Source: Candidatus Methylomirabilis oxygeniifera (GTDB lineage Bacteria > Methylomirabilota > Methylomirabilia > Methylomirabilales > Methylomirabilaceae). Taken from it: a stretch of DNA of 32,000 nucleotides. Position 1 is the first letter of the stretch, and every line of letters begins with the position of its first letter. A program made the translations under genes and the position numbers. The notes beneath the pieces are model-generated. The model had not been told where the DNA came from. It saw nothing but the letters and a program-made list of their open reading frames with translations, and made no database searches. Location of the stretch: the NCBI GenBank assembly GCA_000091165.1, contig FP565575.1:990001-1022000 (forward strand), in the 5' to 3' direction. Positions 14,436 through 24,868 of this stretch are shown piece after piece.

Positions 14436-14995
14436 GCTACCGTGGTTGGTTTGCCGCCGTCGTGATGCTGGTGAATCTCGCCGTACCGCTCGGGCTCGGA
14501 TTTGCTCAGGAGCAGCCGAAAGGAAAGTACCCGGTCACGATCACCTCGGATCGTCTGGAGGTCAACCGAAAACTCCACACCGCCATCTATACCGGCAACG
14601 TCATGGCTGACGACAAGGACCGGGATATGGTTGTCCTGGCTGACAAGATGGAGTTCCTCTTTGATGAAAAGATGGAACGGATCCAAAAGGGGATCGCCAC
14701 CGGAAATGTAAGGGCGACTATTAAGGAGAAAAGAGTCACCGCCGATCAACTGGAGTTGTTTCCCGATGAAGATAAGGCCGTCTTGACGGGGAATCCCAGG
14801 GCTTGGCAGGATAATGATCTTGTTACCGGAACAAAGATGACGATCTTCTCAAAGGAGGACAGGGCGATCGTTGAAGGCGAGCCCTCGAAGCGCGTCACAG
14901 CGATCCTGTATCCGAAGTCTGAGGGAGCGGGGCGATCCGAACCGCAAGCGCCAGGCAAGACCGATAAGCCGGCAACAACGCAGGGGGGGTCTTGA
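14432..14995 (+). CDS. lptA: LPS transport periplasmic protein LptA (OstA-like)
   Basis: PVTITSDRLEVNRKLHTAIYTGNVMADDKDRDMVVLADKMEFLFDE...TADQLELFPDEDKAVLTGNPRAWQDNDLVTGTKMTIFSKEDRAIVEG. Confidence 0.9.
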   Translation: MSYRGWFAAVVMLVNLAVPLGLGFAQEQPKGKYPVTITSDRLEVNRKLHTAIYTGNVMADDKDRDMVVLADKMEFLFDEKMERIQKGIATGNVRATIKEKRVTADQLELFPDEDKAVLTGNPRAWQDNDLVTGTKMTIFSKEDRAIVEGEPSKRVTAILYPKSEGAGRSEPQAPGKTDKPATTQGGS

Positions 14996-15001
14996 GCCGG
15001 G

Positions 15002-15727
15002 ATGGAGCGGACCCTTCGAACAGATAATCTCGTCAAGTCATTTAAGGGTCGAACGGTCGTAGCCGGCGTCAGTATCAGTCTCGAGGCCGGAGAGGTGGTG
15101 GGTCTGCTGGGACCCAATGGCGCTGGAAAGACGACGACCTTCTATATGGTCCTTGGGCTGCTGAAGCCGGATCGTGGCCAAGTCATATTAAATGGGGAAG
15201 ATGTCACTGACCTTCCAGTATATAAACGAGCCCGTAAGGGCTTAGGATTTCTCCCTCAGGAGCCCTCGATCTTTCGTAAGCTGACGGTGGAACAGAACGT
15301 CATGGCGATTCTTGAGATTCTGGACCTGTCAGAAGAAGAGCGACGGCAACGGCTCGAGAGCCTGCTTCAGGAGCTGGATCTTACCCACCTTGCCAAGAGT
15401 AAAGCCTACACGCTATCAGGCGGGGAGCGGCGCCGAGCGGAGATCACCCGAGCGCTGGTCACATCCCCGAATTTCATGTTGCTGGATGAACCGTTTGCGG
15501 GAATTGATCCCATCGCCATAGCGGATATCCAGACCATCATCGCTCGACTCAAACAGAAGGGTGTTGGCGTCTTAATCACCGACCACAACGTGCGTGAAAC
15601 CTTGCAGATTGTTGATCGCGCGTATCTGATCTACGAAGGTCGGGTGTTAGTCTCCGGGACCGCCCAGGAGTTGGCATCGGATGAACGGGCCAGGGAGATC
15701 TACCTGGGCGAGCGGTTTAGTCTCTAG
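15002..15727 (+). CDS. lptB: LPS export ABC transporter ATP-binding protein LptB
   Basis: [86 protein letters not shown]. Confidence 0.97.
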   Translation: MERTLRTDNLVKSFKGRTVVAGVSISLEAGEVVGLLGPNGAGKTTTFYMVLGLLKPDRGQVILNGEDVTDLPVYKRARKGLGFLPQEPSIFRKLTVEQNVMAILEILDLSEEERRQRLESLLQELDLTHLAKSKAYTLSGGERRRAEITRALVTSPNFMLLDEPFAGIDPIAIADIQTIIARLKQKGVGVLITDHNVRETLQIVDRAYLIYEGRVLVSGTAQELASDERAREIYLGERFSL

Positions 15728-15729
15728 GG

Positions 15730-17163
15730 GTGATCGTGATGGCGTTTGAAGCGAAACTTAGTCTGCGACAGATGCAGAAGATGGTGATGACGCCGATGCT
15801 GCAGCAGGCGATTCACCTGTTGCAGTTGTCGCGGATGGAGCTGCTTCAAGCGGTGCGGCAGGAGGTTGAGCAGAATCCGGTTCTGGAAGAGTTGATAGAA
15901 GGGGTAGAGGAACCGGATGAGGCGTCGGCATTGAAAACCGTTGCTGAGGAGCCGACAACCGAACGCAACGGGGAAGGGGATACTGCGGAGATCGATTGGG
16001 ACAGTTATCTTCAGGATGCCTCAGACTATCGGCCGACCATCCAATACGAGTCGATCGAACGATTCGACAGCGAAAACCTGTTAACCAGGTCAAACTCCCT
16101 CCAGGACCATCTGCTTTTTCAGCTTCACCTGACCGTCAGGGACGATGAACTCCTCAAGTTGGGCAGCCTCATCATCGGAGAGCTCGACGACAACGGCTAC
16201 CTGCGTAGCAGCCTCGATGAACTCGCGCCACTGGTCAGCGCACCCTTGGAGTCGATGGAATCGGCGCTTCAGCTCATCCAGAGTTTCGATCCTGCCGGGG
16301 TGGGGGCGCGGGATCTTCGAGAATGTCTGCTTATTCAGCTCAGAATAGGGCCGAAGGAGCATGCGCTGGCGGAATCCATTGTCAATAGTTACCTTCCCGA
16401 TCTGGAGCGTCACCGTTTCGCCAAAATTGCGGCTGCGCTCGGCGCATCGCTCAGAGAGGTGCAAGAGGCGATGACGCTTATCGCCTCACTGGAACCAAAG
16501 CCGGGTAAGAACTACAGCAGTGAAGAGCCCCAATATATTACGCCCGATGTCTATATTCTCAAGATCGATGGACGATTGCTGGTGGCGCTGAACGAAGACG
16601 GGCTCCCGCGCCTTCGAGTCAGTCGATATTATCGGCAGATCCTGTCCAAGCAAGCGCTTGCCTCGCGCGAGGCCAAAGGTTATGTTGAAGAGAAGATGCG
16701 CTCCGCCCTATGGTTCATCCGAAGCATTGAACAGCGGAAAAGGACGCTCATCAAGGTGGCCGAAAGTCTGGTCAAATACCAGAGAGAGTTCTTCGAGTAT
16801 GGGCTCTCCCACCTTAAGCCTCTGACGCTTCGCGAAGTGGCTGATGACATCTCGATGCACGAGTCCACCATCAGTCGAGTGACCACCAATAAGTATGTGC
16901 AAACCCCGCAAGGGCTCTTCGGACTGAAATATTTTTTCCATCGTGGTGTTCCATCAACCGTTGGTGAAGTCGTGTCTTCTCGAAGGGTGAGGGACCTGGT
17001 CCGCCGATATCTGACGGAAGAAGATTCCAGTAAGCCGCTGAGTGACCAGAAGATTGTGGAGATTCTGGCGAAGGTGCACGGGGTTGAGATCGCCCGTCGA
17101 ACCGTGGCCAAGTATCGTGGTCAACTCAAGATCCCCTCATCCAATCAACGTCGCTACGTGTAG
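15730..17163 (+). CDS. rpoN: RNA polymerase sigma-54 factor
   Basis: KLSLRQMQKMVMTPMLQQAIHLLQLSRMELLQAVRQEVEQNP; MHESTISRVTTNKYVQTPQGLFGLKYFF; RPON-box-like GVEIARRTVAKYRGQLKIPSSNQRR. Confidence 0.97.
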   Translation: MIVMAFEAKLSLRQMQKMVMTPMLQQAIHLLQLSRMELLQAVRQEVEQNPVLEELIEGVEEPDEASALKTVAEEPTTERNGEGDTAEIDWDSYLQDASDYRPTIQYESIERFDSENLLTRSNSLQDHLLFQLHLTVRDDELLKLGSLIIGELDDNGYLRSSLDELAPLVSAPLESMESALQLIQSFDPAGVGARDLRECLLIQLRIGPKEHALAESIVNSYLPDLERHRFAKIAAALGASLREVQEAMTLIASLEPKPGKNYSSEEPQYITPDVYILKIDGRLLVALNEDGLPRLRVSRYYRQILSKQALASREAKGYVEEKMRSALWFIRSIEQRKRTLIKVAESLVKYQREFFEYGLSHLKPLTLREVADDISMHESTISRVTTNKYVQTPQGLFGLKYFFHRGVPSTVGEVVSSRRVRDLVRRYLTEEDSSKPLSDQKIVEILAKVHGVEIARRTVAKYRGQLKIPSSNQRRYV

Positions 17164-17204
17164 ACGGTACATAGACATCCCATTCTCTGACGAGGAGTCA
17201 ACCG

Positions 17205-17747
17205 ATGCAGATTACGATTACGACTCGCAATCTCGAGATCACCGAACCCCTCAGACATTACGCAGAGGAGAAGATCACTCGCCTGCAGAAGTTCGTCAAT
17301 CAGATTACCTCAGCTCATGTCGTCCTATCGGTCGAGAAGCATCGACAGATCGCTGAGGTGACGCTCCACGTGCGAGAGCATACGATCCGAGGAGAAGAAT
17401 CGAGTACGGACCTGTACTCGGCCATCGATCTTGTCGCCGACAAGATCGAGCGTCAGATTCTTCGCTATAAGGAGAAGATTGTGGAGCACTCCGGTCGAGG
17501 CTCCGGTCGGTCGCTTTCTCCGGAAGAGATAGGGCCTGCAGAGAGCGAGCCCTTTTCGGAAGACGGTCCCCGCATCGTCAAGACGAAGCAGTTTGCCATG
17601 AAGCCGCTCTCCCCGGACGAGGCCGCCATGCAGATGAGCCTGTTGGGCCACAATTTTTTTGTGTTCCGAAATGCTCGCACTCAGGAGGTCAACGTGCTGT
17701 ATCGAAGACGCGATGGGGATTACGGCTTAATTGAACCGGTAGGTTGA
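17205..17747 (+). CDS. hpf: Ribosome hibernation-promoting factor (long form)
   Basis: MQITITTRNLEITEPLRHYAEEKITRLQKFVNQITSAHVVLSVEKHRQIAEVTLH; C-terminal VKTKQFAMKPLSPDEAAMQMSLLGHNFFVFRNARTQEVNVLYRRRDGDYGLIEP. Confidence 0.95.
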   Translation: MQITITTRNLEITEPLRHYAEEKITRLQKFVNQITSAHVVLSVEKHRQIAEVTLHVREHTIRGEESSTDLYSAIDLVADKIERQILRYKEKIVEHSGRGSGRSLSPEEIGPAESEPFSEDGPRIVKTKQFAMKPLSPDEAAMQMSLLGHNFFVFRNARTQEVNVLYRRRDGDYGLIEPVG

Positions 17748-17802
17748 GCGACCCTACCCGCAACGTACGGCATGAGGGCGACGACGTGAAGGGTACGATA
17801 CA

Positions 17803-18669
17803 GTGAAGACGGCTGAAGTCGTCATTGTCACGGGGGTATCCGGAGCCGGCAAGAGTCAGGCGATCAAGTGCTTGGAAGACATCGGTTTTTTCTGCATCGA
17901 TAACCTGCCGACCACATTGATCCCCACCTTCGTTCGACTCTGCACGCAATCGGAGCATGCGATTGAGCGCGTCGGTCTTGTCATCGATGTTCGGGGTGGC
18001 GAGTTTCTAGCACCGCTGTTCGATATCTTGACGATGCTTCGGACCGATGGGCATACCGTGAAGATCGTGTTTCTGGACGCGTACGATGAGGTCCTTGTGC
18101 GGCGCTTCAGCGAGAGTCGACGCCCGCACCCCCTTGCGGCCGGAAAGTCGGCTCTGGAAGGAATTACGGCAGAGCGGCAGATGCTGGCGCGCCTACGTGA
18201 CGATGCCGATCTCATTATCGATACGAGTGCGTTGAACATTCATGACCTGAAGCGGTTTCTCTCGCAGGCATTCGTGAGAGAGCGGCCGATGGCTAAGATC
18301 GGTCTCTCCCTGGTCTCTTTCGGCTATAAGCACGGACTGCCGTTCGATGCGGATATCGTCTTCGATACCCGATTTTTGCCCAGTCCCCATTTCATCGATG
18401 ATCTGCGGCCGCTGACCGGCCTTGATTCGCAGATCGGCGAGTTTCTCATGCGGACCTCTGTGACCAAGCCTTACCTGGAACGCCTGGTCGATTTACTCGA
18501 CTTTGTCGTCCCTCTCTGTGAGGAGGAGGGTCGCGCCTATCTGACTGTCGCGCTCGGCTGTACCGGCGGGCATCACCGTTCGGTCTTCTTTGCAGAACAG
18601 CTCGCCGGTCATTTTCGGGAGACCGGCTATCAGATCAATGTCCGGCACCGTGACATCGAAAAGGCCTGA
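17803..18669 (+). CDS. rapZ: RNase adapter protein RapZ / YvcJ family ATPase
   Basis: VVIVTGVSGAGKSQAIKCLEDIGFFCIDNLP; RRPHPLA; FGYKHGLPFDADIVFDTRFLPSPHF; GCTGGHHRSVFFAEQLA. Confidence 0.95.
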   Translation: MKTAEVVIVTGVSGAGKSQAIKCLEDIGFFCIDNLPTTLIPTFVRLCTQSEHAIERVGLVIDVRGGEFLAPLFDILTMLRTDGHTVKIVFLDAYDEVLVRRFSESRRPHPLAAGKSALEGITAERQMLARLRDDADLIIDTSALNIHDLKRFLSQAFVRERPMAKIGLSLVSFGYKHGLPFDADIVFDTRFLPSPHFIDDLRPLTGLDSQIGEFLMRTSVTKPYLERLVDLLDFVVPLCEEEGRAYLTVALGCTGGHHRSVFFAEQLAGHFRETGYQINVRHRDIEKA

Positions 18670-18773
18670 CGGTGCAGTCAGCGCAGCCAGGAGACAGGGA
18701 GAGCAGTTAGTCGACACAGAACCTCTCGTCTCCCGAATCTCAAAGGACGGGACAGACCGGTGAGCGCCAAGAG

Positions 18774-19568
18774 ATGCCCTCCGCAGGCCGATTTCTGAGG
18801 ATGGGCGCTTCTGCCGGTTCCATCAATATGGGGATCGATGAAGCGCTTGCCACTCTGTGCCGGGATAGCGCGACGCTGCGATTTTACGCGTGGGAGTCGC
18901 CCACACTTTCTATCGGTTACGCTCAACGGTGCGACGACATCGATTTGACAGCCTGTCGCACAGCCATGGTTGCGTTAGTACGTCGTCCTACGGGCGGTCG
19001 AGCGGTGCTGCACCAGCAGGACCTGACGTACAGTCTGATCCTGCCGCTACGCCCACCCTGGACAACGTATTCGATTGCAGAGAGTTATCGCCTGATTAAT
19101 ATGTGCCTGCTCCGGGGCCTTGAAAGGCTCGGTCTGAAGGTGACGATCGGGCGTCGCCCCAGACAGGCTGCTGGGGCGCCGTCTCCGTTTTGCTTTCCGG
19201 CTATCTCGCAGTATGAACTCCTGGTGGGTGGAAAAAAGATGATCGGTTCGGCCCAACGACGATTTCCAGCGGCACTTCTTCAACAGGGGAGTATTCTATT
19301 GGATTTCGATCCTTCCGGCACCGTTGCTCTTCTCTATCCAGACGAACAGGCTGCAGCGGCCGGTGCCATCGGGGCAGTAGGATCGTTGCGCGAAGTGCTG
19401 GGACGACTTCCCGATCGTCGGGAGGTGGAGACGGCGATTCGGCATGGGTTCGCATCGGAGATGGGGATCGAACTCGTGGAAGGCGAGCTTGAACCGGAGG
19501 AGTGCGAGCTGTCCATGCAGTGTGCCGTCGCCCGCTATGCCTCACCGGATTGGACCTTCCGTCGCTGA
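18774..19568 (+). CDS. Lipoate--protein ligase A / biotin-lipoate ligase family protein
   Basis: GASAGSINMGIDEALA...LRFYAWESPTLSIGYAQ...VRRPTGGRAVLHQQDLTYSLILP...KKMIGSAQRRFPAALLQQGSILL. Confidence 0.9.
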   Translation: MPSAGRFLRMGASAGSINMGIDEALATLCRDSATLRFYAWESPTLSIGYAQRCDDIDLTACRTAMVALVRRPTGGRAVLHQQDLTYSLILPLRPPWTTYSIAESYRLINMCLLRGLERLGLKVTIGRRPRQAAGAPSPFCFPAISQYELLVGGKKMIGSAQRRFPAALLQQGSILLDFDPSGTVALLYPDEQAAAAGAIGAVGSLREVLGRLPDRREVETAIRHGFASEMGIELVEGELEPEECELSMQCAVARYASPDWTFRR

Positions 19569-19821
19569 GAGCGTGCGGGATCGACCTTGACAGCTTCATT
19601 CAGCGTTTGCTACGGTACGTTTGTGATAGTATAGCATTTTTGCGGGGGTATATGACTGCGGGAAAGCGGGCAGCTTGCATTGAAAAGTGGGGGCCATAGA
19701 GAAGATATGATGGCGCTGATCCTGGTAGCTCCACAGGAAGACAAGAGTGGTTGAGCGCGGCGGACGCGATCGAGAAGAGTCGATGGAAGTGGGGCAAGAT
19801 TTCAAGGGGTCGAGAGTCTAC

Positions 19822-20370
19822 ATGAACCTGCCCAACAAGCTCACGCTTGGGAGAATCTTCCTGGTACCCTTTATCATCGTCTTTTTGGTTGTGGGAGAGA
19901 AGGTCCCGAACTATACGGCGGGTGTCATCTTCCTGGCCGCGGTCCTGACCGACTGGCTGGATGGCCGGATCGCTCGTACCACCAAGCAGGTTACGACACT
20001 GGGTAAGCTGCTCGACCCGATTGCCGATAAGCTGCTTATTTCGACGGCGCTCATCGCGCTGGTGCAGATCGGTCGCGCACCCGCCTGGATGGTCGTGCTG
20101 GTTGTCGGTCGTGAGCTGGCTATTACCGGGCTCAGGACGGTCGCTGCCTCGCAGAGTATCATTATCCACGCCAGCGATTTCGGGAAGTACAAGATGCTGG
20201 CTGAAGTAGCGGCGGTGACGTTCCTGATTCTTGACTGGCCCCCGCAATGGGATTTTATGGGCACCCAGTCGCTGGGCTTTTTGTGTCTGTGGGCGGCGAT
20301 TGCATTGAGTATTGCGTCGGGCATCGACTATTTCTTAAAGTTCTGGAAACTGATCGATCTGAGTCGATAA
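19822..20370 (+). CDS. pgsA: CDP-diacylglycerol--glycerol-3-phosphate 3-phosphatidyltransferase
   Basis: MNLPNKLTLGRIFLVPFIIVFL; CDP-alcohol phosphotransferase motif DWLDGRIARTTKQVTTLGKLLDPIADKLL. Track ORF starts at 19747; 19822 fits the family N-terminus. Confidence 0.92.
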   Translation: MNLPNKLTLGRIFLVPFIIVFLVVGEKVPNYTAGVIFLAAVLTDWLDGRIARTTKQVTTLGKLLDPIADKLLISTALIALVQIGRAPAWMVVLVVGRELAITGLRTVAASQSIIIHASDFGKYKMLAEVAAVTFLILDWPPQWDFMGTQSLGFLCLWAAIALSIASGIDYFLKFWKLIDLSR

Positions 20371-20392
20371 ACCGTTTGGTCATCGGAGGATA

Positions 20393-21025
20393 ATGAGCGT
20401 CAGCGTGTGGCTTGTTCCGTTGGGATATCTGGCCGGCTCGATTCCATTCGGTCTTTTGATCGCCAAATTAACGACCGGAGTAGATGTACGGAAAGCCGGG
20501 AGCGGTAACATCGGCGCCACCAATGTCCTTCGTGTCGTAGGTTCCGGAGCCGGCGCACTCACTCTTGCCCTGGACGCGCTGAAGGGATGGGCGCCTGTCG
20601 CGTTGAGCCAACTCCTCGGCGCGCCGGAGCTGCTCGTTGCTGCGATCGGACTGGCTGCATTTCTGGGTCATCTCTATCCGCTCTTTCTCGGCTTTCGCGG
20701 GGGAAAGGGAGTCGCCACCGCCCTGGGGGTGCTGCTCGCGCTGTTTGCGAAGATCGCATTACTGATAGTGGGCGTCTGGTTGTTGACCGCCGCCCTCTTT
20801 CGTTATTCGTCTCTTGCGGCCCTCGTCACTACCGTTGCGGCCCCTTTTCTCGTCTGGATCCTGGACGGCCGACAGCCCTATGTAGGGCTGACGATCATCA
20901 TGTGCAGCTTTATCCTCATCCGGCACCGGGAAAACGTGAGCCGCCTTATTGCAGGACACGAAGGGAAGATCGGAAAAAAGCTGCAGGGAGCGGAACTGTC
21001 ACGGCACGATCGGCTCGCCTCGTAG
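20393..21025 (+). CDS. plsY: Glycerol-3-phosphate acyltransferase PlsY
   Basis: GYLAGSIPFGLLIAKLTTGVDVRKAGSGNIGATNVLRVVG; AFLGHLYPLFLGFRGGKGVATALGVLL; HRENVSRLIAGHEGKIG. Confidence 0.96.
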   Translation: MSVSVWLVPLGYLAGSIPFGLLIAKLTTGVDVRKAGSGNIGATNVLRVVGSGAGALTLALDALKGWAPVALSQLLGAPELLVAAIGLAAFLGHLYPLFLGFRGGKGVATALGVLLALFAKIALLIVGVWLLTAALFRYSSLAALVTTVAAPFLVWILDGRQPYVGLTIIMCSFILIRHRENVSRLIAGHEGKIGKKLQGAELSRHDRLAS

Positions 21026-21034
21026 GAGCAACAG

Positions 21035-22273
21035 ATGTCACTTATAGTTCAGAAATACGGCGGCAGCTCGGTAGCGGATGTAGAGCGGATCACAAATGTG
21101 GCGCACCGTGTGGTGGAGACGAAGGTTCAGGGGAACGACCTGGTCGTCGTCGTGTCAGCCATGGCCGGAGAGACAGACCGTCTGTTGGGCCTTGCCGCAA
21201 AGATCTCCGATAGGCCGGACGAACGAGAACTTGACGTCATTGTGGCGACCGGAGAACAGATTTCTATCGGTCTGTTGTCGCTGGCCATCCAACACTATGG
21301 GCATAAGGCCCGCTCTTTTACCGGAGCCCAGGTCAGGATCCAGACCGACACCGCTCATACCAAGGCCAAGATTGTCAGTGTTGAGGTTGACCGAGTACAA
21401 CAGGCATTACGAGAGGGGGCTATCGTCATCGTCGCCGGGTTCCAAGGGGTTACGGCCGAAGAGGACGTGACGACGCTGGGGCGCGGCGGATCCGACCTGA
21501 CGGCGGTCGCCATGGCGGCAGCCCTGAAGGCCGACCTCTGTGAGATCTATACTGATGTAGAGGGAGTCTACACTGCAGACCCGAATATTGTTCCGGAGGC
21601 GAGGAAGCTCGGGAAGATCTCCTATGATGAGATGCTCGAGTTGGCCAGTTTGGGGGCCAAGGTGCTTCAAGCTCGGTCGGTAGAGTATGCCAAGAATTAT
21701 GCCGTACCGATTCACGTCCGTTCCAGTTTCAATACAAACCAGGGGACACTGGTAGTCCAGGAGGATGCAGAGATGGAGAGAGTGGTGGTCTCAGGGATCG
21801 CCTGCGACAGGAACGAGGCGAAGATCACCGTGCTGCGCGTGGCGGATCGGCCGGGGATCGCAGCGAAGCTGTTCGGTCAGGTTGCAGAGGCCAACATTGT
21901 TGTCGATATGATTGTTCAGAATATCAGTCAGGATGGGACCACCGATATTTCGTTCACGGTCCCAAAGTCTGATTTCTCGAAGGCGATGTCGCTCGTGAAC
22001 GCGGTGGCCAAGGAGATTGGCGCCCAGCAGGTTATGGGTGACGACAGGGTCGCCAAGGTCTCCATTGTGGGGGTGGGGATGCGAACTCACTCCGGGGTGG
22101 CTGCGAAGATGTTTGAGGTCCTGTCATGCGAGAACATTAACATCATGATGATCAGTACCTCCGAGATCAAAGTCTCCTGTGTGATCGATGCCAAATATGG
22201 AGAGCTGGCCGTTCGGGTTCTTCATGAAGCCTTCGGCTTGGCCGAGTATAAGCCGGTAGAGGAGCGTGCGTGA
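21035..22273 (+). CDS. lysC: Aspartate kinase with ACT domains
   Basis: [26 protein letters not shown]; [47 protein letters not shown]; two ACT regions. Confidence 0.97.
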   Translation: MSLIVQKYGGSSVADVERITNVAHRVVETKVQGNDLVVVVSAMAGETDRLLGLAAKISDRPDERELDVIVATGEQISIGLLSLAIQHYGHKARSFTGAQVRIQTDTAHTKAKIVSVEVDRVQQALREGAIVIVAGFQGVTAEEDVTTLGRGGSDLTAVAMAAALKADLCEIYTDVEGVYTADPNIVPEARKLGKISYDEMLELASLGAKVLQARSVEYAKNYAVPIHVRSSFNTNQGTLVVQEDAEMERVVVSGIACDRNEAKITVLRVADRPGIAAKLFGQVAEANIVVDMIVQNISQDGTTDISFTVPKSDFSKAMSLVNAVAKEIGAQQVMGDDRVAKVSIVGVGMRTHSGVAAKMFEVLSCENINIMMISTSEIKVSCVIDAKYGELAVRVLHEAFGLAEYKPVEERA

Positions 22274-22674
22274 AGGGAGCGTATACCAGACGTGAGACGA
22301 TCGTGGCCAGCCTCTTCGGTATGGCGATAGCCGGTCTTGTCTGGGGTCCTGCGCTCCTCAGGCCATTCAGTCATGGTCAAACTATCGATCTCGAAACACT
22401 CCGTCTCCCCGAAGAGCGGGCTCCTGCGCATACTCGCGTATCGTCGACGGCGGCCAGGGTCGCAAAGCCCAGACCGGGCCGTCGCGTAGATATTAATCAT
22501 GCGGATATTGCAGCGCTTCAGACGCTTCCGGGAATCGGTCCGACGCTGGCTCAGCGAATCATCGCCCATCGAAAGGCTTATGGTGTGTTCGGCGATCCCA
22601 GCGGGCTTCTGGAGGTTGATGGGATCGGTTCGAAACGTTTTGGCAAGGTTGAGCCCTGGATCGAGGCTCGTTGA
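22270..22674 (+). CDS. ComEA-like helix-hairpin-helix protein with N-terminal TM segment
   Basis: [59 protein letters not shown]. Confidence 0.88.
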   Translation: MKGAYTRRETIVASLFGMAIAGLVWGPALLRPFSHGQTIDLETLRLPEERAPAHTRVSSTAARVAKPRPGRRVDINHADIAALQTLPGIGPTLAQRIIAHRKAYGVFGDPSGLLEVDGIGSKRFGKVEPWIEAR

Positions 22675-22677
22675 GCG

Positions 22678-23415
22678 ATGAGCTATCGCGTTCGTCTAGA
22701 GATGTTCGAGGGGCCGCTGGATCTTCTGTTGTATCTGATCCAGGTCAACGAGATTGATATCTACGATATCCCGATTGCCAAAATTACCCAGGAGTACCTC
22801 GGATGTCTGGCCGAGATGAAAGAGCTGGATTTGGAGGTTGCCGGAGAGTTTCTGGTGCTGGCCGCTACGCTGATCCATATCAAGTCGAAGATGCTCATCC
22901 CGGTCGAAGAAGTGGTAGCGGAGGGGCTGCCGGCAGAGGACCCGCGACAGGAGCTAGTAGAACGCCTACTGGAGTACAAGCGGTTTAAGGATGCGGCCAT
23001 GACGTTTGAGGAGCTGGAAGCGGGCCAGTCGCTCCTCTACGTACGGCCTGCCGATCCCGTAGTTCCGATCGCCGACGGCCCTCTGGAGATCAGTCTCTCC
23101 GCGCTGCTTCGCGCATTTATGACGGTGATGCAGCGAGCGCCGGAGGCCGTAGCGGGCGAAATCACCCCGGAGATGATCAACGTAGGAGAGCGAATGGTGG
23201 CGCTGTTGGATCGGCTGGCGATTCAGAGCCCGGTGTCGTTTATGGCCCTTTTTGAAGGGGTGACGACGCGCCTCCAACTGATCGCCACCTTCCTCGGGCT
23301 GCTCGAACTGTTGCGTCGAGGCCTGGTCCGGGCCAGGCAAACCGATCCGGGGAGCGAGATCACGATCTATCGAACCGTTGAAACGGCAGTGGAGACCGAT
23401 GGACACCCAGGCTGA
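22678..23415 (+). CDS. scpA: Segregation and condensation protein A
   Basis: MSYRVRLEMFEGPLDLLLYLIQVNEIDIYDIPIAKITQEYLGCLAEMKELDLEVAGEFLVLAATLIHIKSKMLIP. Confidence 0.96.
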   Translation: MSYRVRLEMFEGPLDLLLYLIQVNEIDIYDIPIAKITQEYLGCLAEMKELDLEVAGEFLVLAATLIHIKSKMLIPVEEVVAEGLPAEDPRQELVERLLEYKRFKDAAMTFEELEAGQSLLYVRPADPVVPIADGPLEISLSALLRAFMTVMQRAPEAVAGEITPEMINVGERMVALLDRLAIQSPVSFMALFEGVTTRLQLIATFLGLLELLRRGLVRARQTDPGSEITIYRTVETAVETDGHPG

Positions 23416-24037
23416 CCTCAGTCCGCTCGGGATCATCGAGGCGTTGTTGTTTGTCTCTGATGCGCCGGTCTCACTGGAGCGCATCGAGGCGGTACTCGAC
23501 GGGTACTCCAAAGCCGAGGTCAACCGCCTGCTCGCCGACTTACTGGAACAATACCGCCAACCGGATCGAGGCATTTCCCTCAGCGAGGTGGCGGGGGGCT
23601 ATCGCCTGACGACTAAACCGGAGGCGGCCCCGTGGATTCAGCGACTTCGCGGATCTAAACCGGCCAGGCTGTCCAGGGCCGCCCTCGAGACGTTGGCACT
23701 CATTGCCTATAAGCAGCCGATTACCAAGCCGGAGATTGTGGCGGTTCGAGGGGTGATGGTTGACGGCGTCTTAAAGACGCTGGTTGAGCGTGATCTGGTC
23801 CGGATTCTCGGGCGAAAGCCCGAGGTGGGCAGACCGATCCTGTATGGGACCAGTCGTTCCTTCTTGGAGTATTTTGGATTCAAGGACCTCTCGGAGTTGC
23901 CGACCTTGAAAGAGATCGAAGCGCTGGCCCCGAATCCTGCCCCCGAGCGTACTAATCAGGGAGCGGCTGGGAAGGAGGCTTCACACGAGGCAGTTGAGCA
24001 CATCGAGGAGGCGGAAGGAATCGTCCGGCCCGACTAA
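23399..24037 (+). CDS. scpB: Segregation and condensation protein B
   Basis: LGIIEALLFVSDAPVSLERIEAVL; ETLALIAYKQPITKPEIVAVRGVMVDGVLKTLVERDLVRILGRKPEVGRPILYGTSRSFLEYFGFKDLSELP. Confidence 0.95.
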   Translation: MDTQADLSPLGIIEALLFVSDAPVSLERIEAVLDGYSKAEVNRLLADLLEQYRQPDRGISLSEVAGGYRLTTKPEAAPWIQRLRGSKPARLSRAALETLALIAYKQPITKPEIVAVRGVMVDGVLKTLVERDLVRILGRKPEVGRPILYGTSRSFLEYFGFKDLSELPTLKEIEALAPNPAPERTNQGAAGKEASHEAVEHIEEAEGIVRPD

Positions 24038-24842
24038 GCCGGCACGACAGACAGGCGGTGGAGAGGAGCGGCTGCAGCGCTACCTCGCACGGGCCGGGCT
24101 CGGCTCGCGTAGGAGTTGTGAGCAGTTGATCCTTGATGGGAGGGTGCGGGTTAACGGTCGGATCGCGAGTCAGCTTGGGACCAAGGTCTCACCCGGCCTC
24201 GATACGGTTACGTGCGATCACAAACCGGTTACCTCCTCTCAGAGTCTACACTATCTCATTCTTCATAAGCCGGCAGGCGTCCTGACGTCATTGTCCGATC
24301 CGCGGGGGCGACCGGTCATCGGCGACCTCCTGCCGCCGCGTGGGCTGCCCAGACTTTTTCCGGTCGGACGACTTGACTATCAGACCGAGGGACTGGTGCT
24401 TCTGACGAATGATGGGGTGCTGGCCCACGGGCTCATGCATCCCAGCTTCGAGGTGGAGAAGGAGTATCTCGCCAAGGTGCGTGGTTGCCCTACGCCAGAC
24501 GATCTGGCCAGATTGAAGGCGGGGGTAGTATCGGAGGGGGAGAAACTGTGGGCGACTCACGCCGCGATTGTGAAGCCAGGGATCGGTTCCGCGTGGCTGA
24601 AACTCATCGTGCATCAGGGACGATATCACGAGATCCGACGGATGTGCGACGCCATCGGACACCCGGTACTGCGGCTCCAGAGGATTCGCGTCGGCCCGAT
24701 CGTGTTAGGAAAATTGCCGAAAGGCTGTTGGCGACAACTTACCCCCGCTGAGCTCGCCGATATTCGTCGTGCCTGCCTGAACGCGGCACGCAGACAGACG
24801 GTGGGACGGCGGACTGCGCGTAGACCTGAGAGCGAGGGGTAG
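23994..24842 (+). CDS. rluB: rRNA large subunit pseudouridine synthase B family (RluB-like)
   Basis: S4 domain ERLQRYLARAGLGSRRSCEQLILDGRVRVNG; catalytic LFPVGRLDYQTEGLVLLTNDGVLAHGLMHPS; ILHKPAGVLTS. Confidence 0.9.
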   Translation: MSTSRRRKESSGPTKPARQTGGGEERLQRYLARAGLGSRRSCEQLILDGRVRVNGRIASQLGTKVSPGLDTVTCDHKPVTSSQSLHYLILHKPAGVLTSLSDPRGRPVIGDLLPPRGLPRLFPVGRLDYQTEGLVLLTNDGVLAHGLMHPSFEVEKEYLAKVRGCPTPDDLARLKAGVVSEGEKLWATHAAIVKPGIGSAWLKLIVHQGRYHEIRRMCDAIGHPVLRLQRIRVGPIVLGKLPKGCWRQLTPAELADIRRACLNAARRQTVGRRTARRPESEG

Positions 24843-24868
24843 CGCCCCGAGAGGACTGGAGAGCCTGG

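Noticed and set aside
19587-19635. Promoter-like hexamers (TTGACA at 19587; TTGCTA-N17-TATAGC at 19607-19635) upstream of pgsA
   Set aside because: Plausible but the matches are moderate and competing; not strong enough to list as a feature.
20587-21213. 208-aa plus-strand ORF overlapping plsY and the lysC start
   Set aside because: Arg-rich out-of-frame translation; PlsY and LysC frames are both conserved.
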